A stretch of DNA of 64,000 nt from Thermodesulfovibrionales bacterium (GTDB lineage Bacteria > Nitrospirota > Thermodesulfovibrionia > Thermodesulfovibrionales > SM23-35), in contig CAVQRT010000002.1 of NCBI GenBank assembly GCA_963715195.1, positions 32,001 through 96,000 on the forward strand. The letters run 5' to 3'. Below the pieces are notes generated by a model. The model was not told the DNA's origin, searched no databases, and saw only the letters and a program-made list of their open reading frames with translations. Below, one piece after another: positions 31,473 through 40,483 of the stretch. The position numbers and the translations under genes are program-made. Every line of letters starts with the position of its first letter. The stretch's first letter is position 1.

Positions 31473-33171
31473 CGAATTCTCCGAGGAGCTTTTCAACAGT
31501 GAACGGTCTCCCGTCATATCTGTTTATCATATGATTAAATGCATATCCGGTCTCTGCCCTGAGAAGCCGGGCAAACTGTCCGGTAGCATTCTGTTCTACA
31601 GAGATAACGACTTGCGTATTGTTCAGCAGGGGAAGGCAGTCAAATTCACCGGATAAGGGGAACGGATACATTTCACTGAAATGCAGCATTGCAGCTTTCT
31701 TGTCCTTTGAAAGAATTTCGACAGCCTCTCTGACAACTCCGTAGAGAGAACCCCAGCATACGAAAAGAATATCCGGTTCCCTGCTGCCGTAAAGAACAGG
31801 CTGGTTCATTTCATGCCTAATGAGCGGCAGTTTCTTCAGCAATCTTTTCTGAACCATTTTAATCCGCGTTTCTGCGTCCTCGATGATATGGCCTTCCTCA
31901 TCATGTTCATCACTGTCAGTCACAACAAGGTTTTTCGAATCTCCGGGTACCCCGAAAGCAGACACGCCGGTCTCTGAAAAGGCATGCCGTTTATACTGTT
32001 CGACCCTCCTCAATTCATCACCCCTGAGACGGTAATCATGAAAGCTGATTTTCGCAAAGTCGAAACCGTCATACGTCCATTCTGTATCAGCAAGATACTG
32101 GTCAAAAATTACCAATGCCGGTATCTGGAATTTTTCGGCGAGATCAAAAGCCTTGTTCGTCAGATAGTATGCCTGCTCGGGAGTACCCGGTGCAAAAACA
32201 ACCCTCGGAAATTCTCCATGGGCAGCGTATATGGCAAACGAAAGATCCCCCTGTTCTGTCCTCGTGGGAAGACCCGTAGCGGGAGCCGGTCTCTGTCCAA
32301 GGGCTATGACAACCGGTGTTTCAGTCATGCCAGCCAGAGAAAGGCCCTCTACCATGAGGGCAAACCCCCCGCCGGCGGTTCCTGTCATCGCTCTCACACC
32401 CGCAAAGGATGCCCCAAGCGCCATATTGACAGCTGCGATTTCATCCTCTGCCTGTTCAACCACTATGCCGTATTCCTTTCCCTTTCCTGCAAGATAATTC
32501 ATGATCCCGGTTGAAGGCGTCATAGGGTAGGCTGAGTAGAATTTGCACCCTGCTGCGATGGCGCCCAGTGCAATACCTTCGATTCCGGAAATCAGCATCC
32601 TGGGGTTCCCGAACGATGAAGGGACGAATGAGCATTTCGGGCAGTTCCGAAGAGCAAAATCAAATCCGGACCTGGCAGCCTTGATATTTGCCTGTATAAT
32701 ATCCTCCCCTTTTTTGCTGAAGGTATCACGTATGATTCCATCAAAAAGGTCAAGATTCATCCTGAGCATGCCGAGCACAGAACCAGTTGCCACGGTATTT
32801 GTCATTATTTTGTTTCCGTGCTGCTGGGCGAGATGAACGAATGGGATATCAAGAAAATGGGGTTGCTCATGTTTTTGTTCCAGGGCGGAAGAGTCATAGA
32901 TGATAAGTCCATTCTCGCGAAGCTCATTTTGATGCAGGGGAATGCTTTCTTTATCGAACGCAACCAGGATATCAACGTGCTCCCTTGATGCCGTGATTGG
33001 TTTTTCCGAGAATCTGATCTGGAAGAAATTGTGTCCACCCCTTATGCGGGATTCATAATCCTGGTGAGTGAAGACATGATACCCGGCGCGTGAAAAAACC
33101 TTCGCGAGTGTATCTCCGATGGTCTGGATGCCTTGCCCTGCCTCACCGCCTATTTTGATGGAATAGTCCAT
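31450..33171 (-). CDS. korA: 2-oxoacid:ferredoxin oxidoreductase alpha subunit
   Basis: GGEAGQGI, SRIRGGHN, YPMTPS, EDEIAA, TGLPTRTEQGD. Confidence 0.9.
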   Translation of the reverse strand: MDYSIKIGGEAGQGIQTIGDTLAKVFSRAGYHVFTHQDYESRIRGGHNFFQIRFSEKPITASREHVDILVAFDKESIPLHQNELRENGLIIYDSSALEQKHEQPHFLDIPFVHLAQQHGNKIMTNTVATGSVLGMLRMNLDLFDGIIRDTFSKKGEDIIQANIKAARSGFDFALRNCPKCSFVPSSFGNPRMLISGIEGIALGAIAAGCKFYSAYPMTPSTGIMNYLAGKGKEYGIVVEQAEDEIAAVNMALGASFAGVRAMTGTAGGGFALMVEGLSLAGMTETPVVIALGQRPAPATGLPTRTEQGDLSFAIYAAHGEFPRVVFAPGTPEQAYYLTNKAFDLAEKFQIPALVIFDQYLADTEWTYDGFDFAKISFHDYRLRGDELRRVEQYKRHAFSETGVSAFGVPGDSKNLVVTDSDEHDEEGHIIEDAETRIKMVQKRLLKKLPLIRHEMNQPVLYGSREPDILFVCWGSLYGVVREAVEILSKDKKAAMLHFSEMYPFPLSGEFDCLPLLNNTQVVISVEQNATGQFARLLRAETGYAFNHMINRYDGRPFTVEKLLGEFDAIIRRL

Positions 33172-33203
33172 TGAAAATCTCTAAATGTTTTTCATCGTCT
33201 CAG

Positions 33204-33671
33204 TTACATAAAACTCTTCTTTAGATTATTCAGCCAAATGATATGATTCTTTTCTTCCCTGATGATTGCATCAATAATCTTTTTCTCTAGTAATGCTTCA
33301 CGGAGTGTATAGTAGTAAAGGAGCGTCTCTCGCTCAAAGCACAGAGCAAAATCAATTGCTTCGGTTGCGGTTTTCACATGCTCAAGTGAGGGCAGACACT
33401 TGTCTTTCCCGAGAAAAAATTCCGAATCAACCAGCGCCCTGAGGTAAAGAGTTACCTCGCTCCACCCTTCCGGCTCTCCGTCATGTAATTGGCTCTCAAG
33501 CTTCAGGAAGCTTTCCCCGTGTCTAATCTCATGTGCGGCAAGCAGTTCGAAGAGTTTTTTTAATTCAGCCTTATCGTGGAATTTTTCCGCCATTCTGGTA
33601 TAGAACTCTTTCCCCAGTTTTTCTGTCTGAACCGCCTGTTCAACCACTTCTCTTACCGAAAACGTTATCAT
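33204..33671 (-). CDS. Ferritin-like (rubrerythrin-family) di-iron protein
   Basis: E..G..FY / EIRH and E...YY / EEKNH helix pairs; start ATG 33671 after AAGGAG. Confidence 0.75.
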   Translation of the reverse strand: MITFSVREVVEQAVQTEKLGKEFYTRMAEKFHDKAELKKLFELLAAHEIRHGESFLKLESQLHDGEPEGWSEVTLYLRALVDSEFFLGKDKCLPSLEHVKTATEAIDFALCFERETLLYYYTLREALLEKKIIDAIIREEKNHIIWLNNLKKSFM

Positions 33672-33717
33672 GGCTTCTCCTTCATTTTTCCCGATGATTG
33701 GTTCTTCTCCATAAATT

Positions 33718-34083
33718 TTAGAGGATATCCCGGATATCGTCAATCGTTATGATATTACGCTCGACAAGATGCGTCAGGATGATAAATCCGCCGCAGGGAG
33801 GAGGTCTTTTTGTCCCTTGCCGATTGAGAGCTGGAGACTGTTTTGACAGGATGAAATCGCAGTCATTCTGATAAAAAGGGCACACCGTACACATATTCTG
33901 TATGAGCATCTCCTGCATACTATAGTCATATGCCCTGTCCGTCACGAAAAAATTGATGGCTTTTCCATTCTTCATCAATCTCTCAACAACCAGCAATCCC
34001 TGGCATTCAAGCTCTTCCTTCGTTGAAGGCTTGAAATAGGCACAGAAACTTCTGCACAGATTATCCCGCATTTGCTGATTCAA
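33718..34083 (-). CDS. Cys-rich hypothetical protein, possibly metal or Fe-S binding
   Basis: Seven Cys in CxxxC...CxG...CxxCPF...C...PCGG; tightly packed in an operon. Confidence 0.6.
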   Translation of the reverse strand: MNQQMRDNLCRSFCAYFKPSTKEELECQGLLVVERLMKNGKAINFFVTDRAYDYSMQEMLIQNMCTVCPFYQNDCDFILSKQSPALNRQGTKRPPPCGGFIILTHLVERNIITIDDIRDIL

Positions 34084-34096
34084 AGGATGTTTCCTT

Positions 34097-34828
34097 TCAT
34101 AGGAGCGCTGTCAGGTTGCCCTTTCTGAGCTTCTCAAGAATCTCCTCCACAAGCATATGCATATCACCCATTTTGAACACAACATCCTCAGCCGGCAGAT
34201 AGACCATGTTTCTCAGTGATGTTTGAAGGGTGGTGAGAGACTGAATAACCCCGCCATACAATTCCTGTGCATCAGACCGTCTTTGCCGCAGGAGATTTTC
34301 TGCCTGCCTGCGCTCGATAATCTCACTTTCCAGTTCCGCAACAACCGCTTCGAGTTGCCTTGTCCGTTCCAGAACAAGGCCTTCCAGCCGTTCATTCCAC
34401 TGTTTGCTTTCTTCCTCGGTTTGTTTGCGCTTTGTGGTATCCCGAAATATGCCCATGAGACATCTCTCACCACCAATTGACAGGTGTGAACAACTGATAT
34501 CAACGTAAAGGATACCTCCCTGCTTGTTTTTCAACGGGATATCATGCACAATTGACACCTCGCCGCGGTTCATTCGTTCAAACTGATCAAGGACTTCAGC
34601 CAGGTGCTCCTGCGGATGAATATCGTAAACGGTCAAAGACGATAACTCTTCCTGACCGTATCCCAGCATGTCACAGATTGCCTGGTTTCCGGTAACGAGC
34701 ATCTTTTCTTCCGGGTCTGCCAGTAAAATTCCGTCAAAGGCACGATCAAAAATAGTCCTGAACCTCTCTTCACTTTCTTTCAGCGCATCCATGGTCTCAA
34801 TAAGGTTATGGTTGACTTGGTCACACAT
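34097..34828 (-). CDS. PAS-domain protein with a signalling helix and no recognisable output domain
   Basis: ESEERFRTIFD, N..ICDMLGY, IFRDTT.RKQ.E, LVLERTRQL. Confidence 0.75.
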   Translation of the reverse strand: MCDQVNHNLIETMDALKESEERFRTIFDRAFDGILLADPEEKMLVTGNQAICDMLGYGQEELSSLTVYDIHPQEHLAEVLDQFERMNRGEVSIVHDIPLKNKQGGILYVDISCSHLSIGGERCLMGIFRDTTKRKQTEEESKQWNERLEGLVLERTRQLEAVVAELESEIIERRQAENLLRQRRSDAQELYGGVIQSLTTLQTSLRNMVYLPAEDVVFKMGDMHMLVEEILEKLRKGNLTALL

Positions 34829-34926
34829 CGATTTTCTCTTCCCCGGTGGCAGTTCTGACAGTATATCACAAAAGGAATTTCTTCAACGTATGGTGCTGTT
34901 GATGTATTATTATTTACAATACGGAC

Positions 34927-36093
34927 ATGCACTATTTTCTCTCACCAGATGCAGTTATAAAATTACTGGAACGCCCTTCCGTCTATAAGATAAGAACGGA
35001 TGAACTGTATGAACTGGATGACGTTTCTTTTGAATTTCTCCGGCAGTGCGGGTCTGAAACTGGATGCGAAGGATCCGATAGAATTTTTCTCGATTATTGT
35101 CTGAAAGAGGGGATCCTATCCATGGAGAAAGTATCGTTGAGACGGCCCGCACTCATAAAGGCACCAGAACCTTCACTCAGGTACCTCGAACTGCAGATCA
35201 CGAAAAACTGCAATCTCAGTTGCAGGCACTGTTATATCGGCAATCAGGGAAAAGATCAAGCAAAACTCGGAGAAAACAACGAGCTTTCCTTTGAACAGAT
35301 AAAGGCTGTATTCCATGAATTTGAAGAGATGCAGGGTCTCAGGGTTCTTATCAGCGGCGGAGAGCCTCTTACGCACAGCCAATTCAACAGGATCAATGCA
35401 ATACTCCCCAATTTTTTTTTCCGGAATATATTATTAACGAACGGCCTGCTGCTCACCCCAAGAATTTTGTCTGAGCTGAATGCCCACGAGATTCAGATCA
35501 GCATTGACGGACTTGAACATGCTCACGACTCCCTGAGAGGCAACGGAACATTCAGGTCGGCCATCGGAGCGGCCAGAAGGGCGCTTGATGCAGGGTTTCC
35601 GGTTTCGGTATCAACCATGGTTCATAGAAAAAATCTCAAAGATTTTGACGGCATGGAGAAGCTTTTCAAGGGACTCGGGATTAAAGACTGGACAGTCGAT
35701 GTGCCCTGCATAACCGGTAGGCTCAAAGAAAATCCCGAATTTCATATAAGGCCGGAGGTCGGCGGAAAATATCTCAGATACGGGTACGGTGAAGGGCTCC
35801 ATGCAGGGGCACCAGGATATGCATGCGGCACGCACCTCATGGCGGTCGCGGCAGACGGGAAAACTGCGAAGTGCTCGTTCTATGCGGACAGCCCGGTTGG
35901 AAGCATTGAGGAAGGGCTCAGAGCGAACTGGCAGAGGATAAAGCCTGTCAGACTCGAATCATTAAACTGTGATTGTCATTTTCTGAGTGAATGCAGGGGT
36001 GGCTGCAGATACAGGGCACTGCTTTCGGGGAATGAACTCGGTAAAGACTTTTACAGATGCCATTCATATGATATACTGCATTCAGATGAATGA
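34927..36093 (+). CDS. Radical SAM/SPASM enzyme with N-terminal RRE/PqqD-like extension (putative peptide maturase)
   Basis: CNLSCRHC, SGGEP, SPASM C..MAVAADG...C and CDC....CRGGC...C; about 80 aa precede the rSAM core. Confidence 0.85.
   Translation: MHYFLSPDAVIKLLERPSVYKIRTDELYELDDVSFEFLRQCGSETGCEGSDRIFLDYCLKEGILSMEKVSLRRPALIKAPEPSLRYLELQITKNCNLSCRHCYIGNQGKDQAKLGENNELSFEQIKAVFHEFEEMQGLRVLISGGEPLTHSQFNRINAILPNFFFRNILLTNGLLLTPRILSELNAHEIQISIDGLEHAHDSLRGNGTFRSAIGAARRALDAGFPVSVSTMVHRKNLKDFDGMEKLFKGLGIKDWTVDVPCITGRLKENPEFHIRPEVGGKYLRYGYGEGLHAGAPGYACGTHLMAVAADGKTAKCSFYADSPVGSIEEGLRANWQRIKPVRLESLNCDCHFLSECRGGCRYRALLSGNELGKDFYRCHSYDILHSDE
36050..36077 (+). promoter_or_regulatory. Putative promoter for the small peptide gene, inside the rSAM 3' end
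   Basis: TTTACA-16 nt-TATACT with extended -10 TG. Confidence 0.45.
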
Positions 36094-36142
36094 AATGTCC
36101 GGATATGAAGTCCGGGTTCCTCTATGAAAGGGGGTGTCTCAC

Positions 36143-36205
36143 GTGACAATCAGGAAGATTTCTAAAAAGGCTTCTTTAACCTGTAAGTGCAAAAGTTCTT
36201 GTTAA
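36143..36205 (+). CDS. 20-aa Cys-rich peptide MTIRKISKKASLTCKCKSSC, putative RiPP precursor
   Basis: GTG start 6 nt after AAAGGGGGTG SD; TAA stop; 49 nt after the rSAM stop; followed by a terminator; too short for the ORF track. Confidence 0.75.
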   Translation: MTIRKISKKASLTCKCKSSC

Positions 36206-36240
36206 CAAAATGTGATTAGCTGAAAGACATGGCTACTACA

Positions 36241-36280
36241 AAAAAGAAAAGGCTGGTTTGTGCACCAGCCTTTTCTTTTT
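36241..36280. terminator. Bidirectional Rho-independent terminator
   Basis: Perfect 17-bp stem AAAAAGAAAAGGCTGGT-ttgtgc-ACCAGCCTTTTCTTTTT between the peptide gene and ferredoxin. Confidence 0.85.
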
Positions 36281-36288
36281 AACCTTCC

Positions 36289-36474
36289 TTATTCCATAGT
36301 GATGGCTTGAGTCGGGCAGGTATCAGCGGCTTCCTGGCAGTTGCAGGTGTTGCATTTGTCAGGACCTATGACTTGTGCCTTTCCATCGTCACCAACTTTG
36401 AATACCTCGGGGCACATTTCTTCACATGTACCGCATCCCTCACACGCATCTTCGTTTACTACCGGTTTTGACAT
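36289..36474 (-). CDS. Monocluster ferredoxin
   Basis: CEGCGTCEEMCP and C-terminal CPTQAI; AGGAGG SD. Confidence 0.9.
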   Translation of the reverse strand: MSKPVVNEDACEGCGTCEEMCPEVFKVGDDGKAQVIGPDKCNTCNCQEAADTCPTQAITME

Positions 36475-36648
36475 ATTTTTTCCTCCTTTTGCATTAATGT
36501 TTAAATTTCTCTTCTTGAGACCCCAAAAAGAGATAGGGAATAATTAATTTTTCTATTGTACCATTATTTCCCCTGCTCCTGCCTACTGTCTTGCTGTTTT
36601 ATTTTCTCTCTTTCCTGTCTGCTACCGACTACCTAAATATCTACTCCC

Positions 36649-37149
36649 TTACGCCCATGGAGTACCGCCGTCAACTATGCTGTGCTCTTCCCACATAAAC
36701 CAGTTGCCCGTATCCTTCATAAAATTATAGGTATTTGCAAAGATATCATAGTGCTGCTGCTCTTCCTGAATTAGTCTTTCAAAGAGCTGCTTCTCTTTCT
36801 GATTCCCCGCCTCCGTTTCAACCTGTCTGTAGAATGATATACCCTCCTGTTCCATCTGCATGGCTATCTGGAATGCTTCGAGCTCATCCTGCGTTGCAGC
36901 TACACGATGCATCATCGCATTCTTCATGGATTCGAAGATCGTCTGTACCTTTCTCATTGGGCTGACATCTTCCATCGTTATATCAACCTCTTTAAATATC
37001 TGGGAAAGCATCTTGAGATGCCTCTTTTCATCCTCCGTTACCGACTGAAACATTTTTTTCCCGGCAGGATGGCTTGTCTTCTCCGCAGCCTTCGAATAAA
37101 AATCTATTGCATCCTTCTCCATTTTTATTGCGATTTCTATAGCATTCAT
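36649..37149 (-). CDS. Ferritin-like (rubrerythrin-family) di-iron protein
   Basis: Duplicated AIxME...FY...E..H helices. Confidence 0.8.
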   Translation of the reverse strand: MNAIEIAIKMEKDAIDFYSKAAEKTSHPAGKKMFQSVTEDEKRHLKMLSQIFKEVDITMEDVSPMRKVQTIFESMKNAMMHRVAATQDELEAFQIAMQMEQEGISFYRQVETEAGNQKEKQLFERLIQEEQQHYDIFANTYNFMKDTGNWFMWEEHSIVDGGTPWA

Positions 37150-37246
37150 GGCGACCTCCTCGCTTCATCATTCAGCGTCTATTCAGTTTAATCCTTTTGT
37201 ACGATGATAATCAATTCGTTATTGCAATCGTTTATTATAAGAAACA

Positions 37247-38254
37247 ATGACACGTCCGCCTTTTCTACAGTGGTATCCAACGCTGCGGTGCAACCAGCAA
37301 TGCAGCTTCTGCTTCAATCAGAACATAACAACTGGATACGCAAACCGGGATATGTGCGAGAATGAAGCATACTCACTTGCGGAAACCCTCTTGCGCGAGG
37401 GCATCATGGAACTGGACATCCTTGGCGGGGAGCCGATGCTTATCCCCTACATGAAACATTTTCTCACCTATGCTACCAACGCCGGCCTGACGGTCAACAT
37501 CAGTACAAACGGCAGTCTTCCCGGAATGGTCCATGCGCTGGCGAAGATACCCACCCGTCTGTTAACCATAGGGTTCTCTCTCCATGGCTTTTCAGACACC
37601 CACAATGCAATCACCAGGTCTGATAATTTCAAGTCAGTCCTTGAAGGGATCAGAAGATCACTTGGGGAAGGAAAACATACAATCGTAAAGAGCGTTCTGA
37701 AAACTGCAAACAGACGGGAAATTCGAGGCCTCATCCACTATCTTAGGGAACGCGGTGTAAAAACATACTTTCTGCTGCATGAGGATATTCTCGGAAGGAA
37801 AAATCAAACAGAAAGTCTATCATTTCCCGATTTCATGACATATTTCTCTGCTCTCAGATCTGAATTGCATGATGTCATCGATATCGGATTCGTTGCAGCA
37901 TCCGGTTTTTTTAAATATGGGATGCTTGTTCACGGCCGTTGCGATGCCGGGACTGGAAAGCTTGCTGTACTTCCCGACGGTTCCACATTCCCCTGCAACC
38001 TGCTCTTTGGATTCAGGGAATTTTGCCTCGGCAATATCCTGAGGGACAACATCGAAACCATCCTGAAACATCCTGTACTTCAGAAATTCAGGACATTGCC
38101 CGGTAATATATGCAAATCCAGCAACTGTATCTATTCCGCAAACTGCAGTGGAGGATGTCCTGCTCACAGTTACGCTTTTTATCGTGATATTGGAATCAGG
38201 GACCCCCGCTGCCGCAATGATAAAAGAGACCCCAAAAAAAATGGTAATATATGA
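37247..38254 (+). CDS. Radical SAM/SPASM protein without N-terminal extension
   Basis: CNQQCSFC, GGEP, CDAG...PDGSTFPC, C....C....CSGGC, DPRC. Confidence 0.85.
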   Translation: MTRPPFLQWYPTLRCNQQCSFCFNQNITTGYANRDMCENEAYSLAETLLREGIMELDILGGEPMLIPYMKHFLTYATNAGLTVNISTNGSLPGMVHALAKIPTRLLTIGFSLHGFSDTHNAITRSDNFKSVLEGIRRSLGEGKHTIVKSVLKTANRREIRGLIHYLRERGVKTYFLLHEDILGRKNQTESLSFPDFMTYFSALRSELHDVIDIGFVAASGFFKYGMLVHGRCDAGTGKLAVLPDGSTFPCNLLFGFREFCLGNILRDNIETILKHPVLQKFRTLPGNICKSSNCIYSANCSGGCPAHSYAFYRDIGIRDPRCRNDKRDPKKNGNI

Positions 38255-38331
38255 GAAAATTGAAGTGCGGTTTGTTACCGTGATCAATTCTTCGTGTAAC
38301 AAAGTTCATACTAAACCACAAAGGAGGTTTC

Positions 38332-39549
38332 ATGAAACCCACTGAAATAAAACCTGATATTTACTGGATTGGTGCGATCGATTGGGCGGTCAGAGATTTT
38401 CACGGTTATGTTACGCCAAATGGAACAACATACAATAATTATATTGTTCTCGACGAGCAGATAACCCTTTTTGACACGGTAAAACATGACTTTTCAGATG
38501 TGACCATACGAAATATCAAGAGCCTTATTGATCCATCAAAAATCAAAAACATCGTAATCAACCACATCGAGAACGACCATGTAAGCAGCATCGGGGATAT
38601 TATGCATCTTGCACCGGATGCAACAATTTATATTTCTGAAAGAGGGAAAAAGGGACTCGACAGGTTTTTCGATACATCGGCATGGGACATGAAGATTGTT
38701 AAGACCGGTGACACATTAAATATCGGCAAAAGAACGCTCCTTTTCCTTGAAACCCCGATGCTGCACTGGCCTGATTCCATGATGACCTATATCAAAGAAA
38801 ATAAGCTTCTGATCAGCCAGGATGCATTTGGACAGCATTATGCCTCTGCAGCGCGGTTTGACGATGAGTTCATAACCTGCTTTTCTCTGTCAGAATTAGA
38901 AGACGCCATCAAAGATTATTATGCCAATATCCTCATGCCGTTCGGTACCCTCATAAAAACCAAAATTGCAGAAATTCAGAAGTTGGGTCTTGAAATCGAC
39001 ATGATAGCCCCTGATCACGGGATTATATGGAGGAAGGACCCGTCCAAGATCATCAACATGTATCTTGATATGGCTGACGGGAAGGCAGACCTCAGAGTTG
39101 TTATCATTTATGACACCATGTGGCACAGTACAGAACATATGACTCTTCCCCTTATGCAGGGTATCAAAGATGAAGGGGTTGATGTCAAAATCGTAAAACT
39201 CAGAGCAAATCCAATCAGCCTGGCTGTAAAAGAGTTCTGGAAAGCGCGGGGATGCCTCCTCGGGTCGCCGACGCTGAATAATTCGATGTTCCCGACCATA
39301 GCTGAATTCCTGACATATCTGAAGGGTCTCAGGCCGAAAAATCGTCTGGTAGGTGCCTTCGGCAGCTATGGATGGATGGGTGGCGCGGTAAGGGATATCT
39401 GCGAAGAATTCAGAAAAATGGGGCTTGAGATGATCGAGGACGGGGTTCAGGTTGTGTACAAACCGTCTGCCGAGGACGAGAAACGGTGTTATGAGTTCGG
39501 GAGAGAATTCGCGAATAGGATCAAAGAATATCACAAGACCTACCAATAA
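38332..39549 (+). CDS. fprA: Flavodiiron protein (FprA; O2/NO reductase)
   Basis: GTTYNNY, NHIENDH, HWPDSM, DAFGQH, PDHG, flavodoxin domain. Confidence 0.92.
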   Translation: MKPTEIKPDIYWIGAIDWAVRDFHGYVTPNGTTYNNYIVLDEQITLFDTVKHDFSDVTIRNIKSLIDPSKIKNIVINHIENDHVSSIGDIMHLAPDATIYISERGKKGLDRFFDTSAWDMKIVKTGDTLNIGKRTLLFLETPMLHWPDSMMTYIKENKLLISQDAFGQHYASAARFDDEFITCFSLSELEDAIKDYYANILMPFGTLIKTKIAEIQKLGLEIDMIAPDHGIIWRKDPSKIINMYLDMADGKADLRVVIIYDTMWHSTEHMTLPLMQGIKDEGVDVKIVKLRANPISLAVKEFWKARGCLLGSPTLNNSMFPTIAEFLTYLKGLRPKNRLVGAFGSYGWMGGAVRDICEEFRKMGLEMIEDGVQVVYKPSAEDEKRCYEFGREFANRIKEYHKTYQ

Positions 39550-39565
39550 GAAAGGAGACTCATAA

Positions 39566-39886
39566 ATGCCTAAATTTCCAGAACAATATCAAAGAATCAG
39601 AAAAAGGTTCAAGAAATTTTTTTCCGCGGTCGATAATCTCGGGAAGGCAACACGGTCTGCTGGGCCAATTAATACAAAAACTTCTCATTTGATACAGCTC
39701 GCCGCTGCTGCTGCTATCAGATCAGAGGGATCAGTTCATTCTCATACAAGAAGGGCACTGGACGAAGGAGCAAAACCGGACGAAATATATCATGCCTTAA
39801 TCCTGCTCACAAGCATCATCGGATTTCCCACCGTATCTGCAGCATTAAGCTGGGCTGATGATGTTATTCAAAAGCGTAAGGGATAG
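39566..39886 (+). CDS. Carboxymuconolactone decarboxylase family protein
   Basis: LIQLAAAAA...VHSHTRRAL..GA..DEI...GFP. Confidence 0.8.
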   Translation: MPKFPEQYQRIRKRFKKFFSAVDNLGKATRSAGPINTKTSHLIQLAAAAAIRSEGSVHSHTRRALDEGAKPDEIYHALILLTSIIGFPTVSAALSWADDVIQKRKG

Positions 39887-39925
39887 GAATAAACCTTAAA
39901 GAAGAATTACCACTAAGGAGGCACA

Positions 39926-40420
39926 ATGTCTAAGACAGAAAAAAATCTTCAGGATGCATTTGCCGGCGAATCACAGGCGAACAGAAAATATCTTGCTTTT
40001 GCAAAAAAAGCCGATGCCGAAGGGTATAAACAGGTTGCCAAGCTCTTTAGAGCTACTGCAGAGGCCGAAACGGTTCATGCATTGAATCATCTGAGAGAAC
40101 TCGGAGGAGTGAAAACCACAAAGGAAAACCTCGAGGCTGCCGTCGGCGGGGAGACGTATGAAGTGGAGAATATGTATCCTCCGATGATTCAGGATGCCCT
40201 GACAGAGGAGAAAAAAGGTGCGCAGAACAGCTTCATGTTTGCATATGAAGTGGAAAAAATTCACGCAGCACTCTATACAAAAGCACTGGAAGCGCTCGGT
40301 AAAAACAAAGAGGTTGATTATTATGTCTGCCAGGTATGCGGCAACACCGTAGAAGGGGAGCCGCCAGACCAGTGCCCGATATGCAAAGCGATGAAAAAGA
40401 TGTTCAAGAAGATGGAGTAA
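39926..40420 (+). CDS. rbr: Rubrerythrin
   Basis: AFAGESQA, AETVHA, EKIH, C-terminal CQVCG...CPIC rubredoxin site. Confidence 0.92.
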   Translation: MSKTEKNLQDAFAGESQANRKYLAFAKKADAEGYKQVAKLFRATAEAETVHALNHLRELGGVKTTKENLEAAVGGETYEVENMYPPMIQDALTEEKKGAQNSFMFAYEVEKIHAALYTKALEALGKNKEVDYYVCQVCGNTVEGEPPDQCPICKAMKKMFKKME

Positions 40421-40483
40421 GAGATTCATATATATTCTCTATTTCATTTCTGTTCCTGTAGAATAGCTGGAAAGGGGTTTTCT

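Noticed and set aside
36124..36165. Alternative short ORF MKGGVSRDNQEDF overlapping the peptide SD
   Set aside because: No SD of its own and no Cys; its sequence is explained by the SD and start of the GTG ORF
36143..36205. Resemblance of the peptide to methanobactin MbnA (MTIR start, basic leader, Cys core)
   Set aside because: Leader is much shorter and there are no mbnB/mbnC-like genes in the window; similarity looks superficial
37203..37240. Fur/PerR-like box between the ferritin-like gene and rSAM2
   Set aside because: Only a half-site (GATGATAATCA) in AT-rich DNA; no convincing palindrome
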